From contig CAYPQV010000001.1 in NCBI GenBank assembly GCA_964412955.1, positions 138,635 through 202,634 on the forward strand: a stretch of DNA of 64,000 nucleotides. Reading direction: 5' to 3'. The stretch is from an uncultured Hyphomicrobiales bacterium (GTDB taxonomy: Bacteria > Pseudomonadota > Alphaproteobacteria > Rhodospirillales > 2-12-FULL-67-15). Positions 63,787 to 64,000 of the stretch are shown piece by piece. Position 1 is the stretch's first letter; each line of letters opens with the position of its first letter. A model generated the notes under the pieces. That model was not told the DNA's origin, did not search any database, and saw only the letters and a list, made by a program, of their open reading frames with translations. The position numbers and the translations under genes were made by a program.

Positions 63787-64000
63787 TCAGCCGATCGGTT
63801 TTTCCTCGCGCAATAGGATGCGGAACGCCGCGAGGTCGGTCGCGATCGCGTCTTCGGCCGCCGACTCCATCCGTCGATAAAGCGTCAGCACCTCGCGTCC
63901 CGTGCCGGTGAGGTGCGCGCCGCCGCCCCTGGCGCCCCCCTTGATCAGATCGACCAGCGGCGCGCGGAAGGATTCGTTGAGCGACTTCACCAGGTCCCAG
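63787..64000 (-). CDS. ModE N-terminal-domain-like HTH regulator (5' end outside the window)
   Basis: The translation '..WDLVKSLNESFRAPLVDLIKGGARGGGAHLTGTGREVLTLY' parallels the E. coli ModE segment 'SAWDAINEMNQLSEHILVERATGGKGGGGAVLTRYGQRLIQLY'. It ends shortly afterwards, so no Mop domains are present. Confidence 0.7.
   Translation of the reverse strand, partial: WDLVKSLNESFRAPLVDLIKGGARGGGAHLTGTGREVLTLYRRMESAAEDAIATDLAAFRILLREEKPIG

Overview
This window is a GC-rich chromosomal core segment that looks alphaproteobacterial. Three things support that: the purC-purS-purQ...purL-bolA-grxD gene order, a DUF1476/zeta ATPase-inhibitor gene, and the overall gene content. All calls come from reading the supplied translations and the DNA by eye. 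No database search was run, so family names rest on motif recognition.

I can support about 63 protein genes, one tRNA-Gln(UUG), several terminators, promoters and operator-like palindromes, and three families of small hairpin or inverted repeats.

Gene content:
- Purine biosynthesis: two purC paralogs, purB, purS, purQ and purL.
- A complete contiguous ccmABCDEFGHI cytochrome c maturation cluster, translationally coupled at six junctions.
- An organic-acid uptake and activation module: two CoA ligases flanking a five-gene Liv-type ABC transporter.
- Housekeeping genes: acnA, pgk, rpsD, ispE, sodC, an ftsH paralog, ETF-QO, carD-fdxA-S4-helicase, and gluQ.

There is no CRISPR array, transposase, integrase or prophage. 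Many long ORFs in the six-frame track are GC-driven shadow frames.

Items most worth follow-up:
1. A visibly AT-rich pocket (26.9-28.1 kb) with a perfect 35-bp palindrome, a cytochrome P460-like gene and a MarR regulator with a Cys4/His-rich tail. Genes for a secreted PCMT and a DUF1223 protein follow it.
2. A candidate ~150-nt sRNA (41.0-41.2 kb). It has a TATAAT box, four hairpins of which three carry C-rich anti-Shine-Dalgarno loops (the last loop reads CCUCCUCC), and a strong intrinsic terminator. It sits just downstream of the ABC transporter operon.
3. A 270-bp element bounded by perfect 23-bp terminal inverted repeats, ending 7 nt before the gluQ start codon.
4. An uncharacterised operon of four genes: a small protein, a DUF2141 protein, a DUF4089/AtzG-like protein and an amidase. 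It lies divergent from an ftsH paralog, which is followed by a degenerate MCP-like HAMP protein.
5. A bacterial acid-ceramidase/NAAA-like Ntn hydrolase.

I cannot show that any of these is a new system. They are hypotheses, each with an explicit test.
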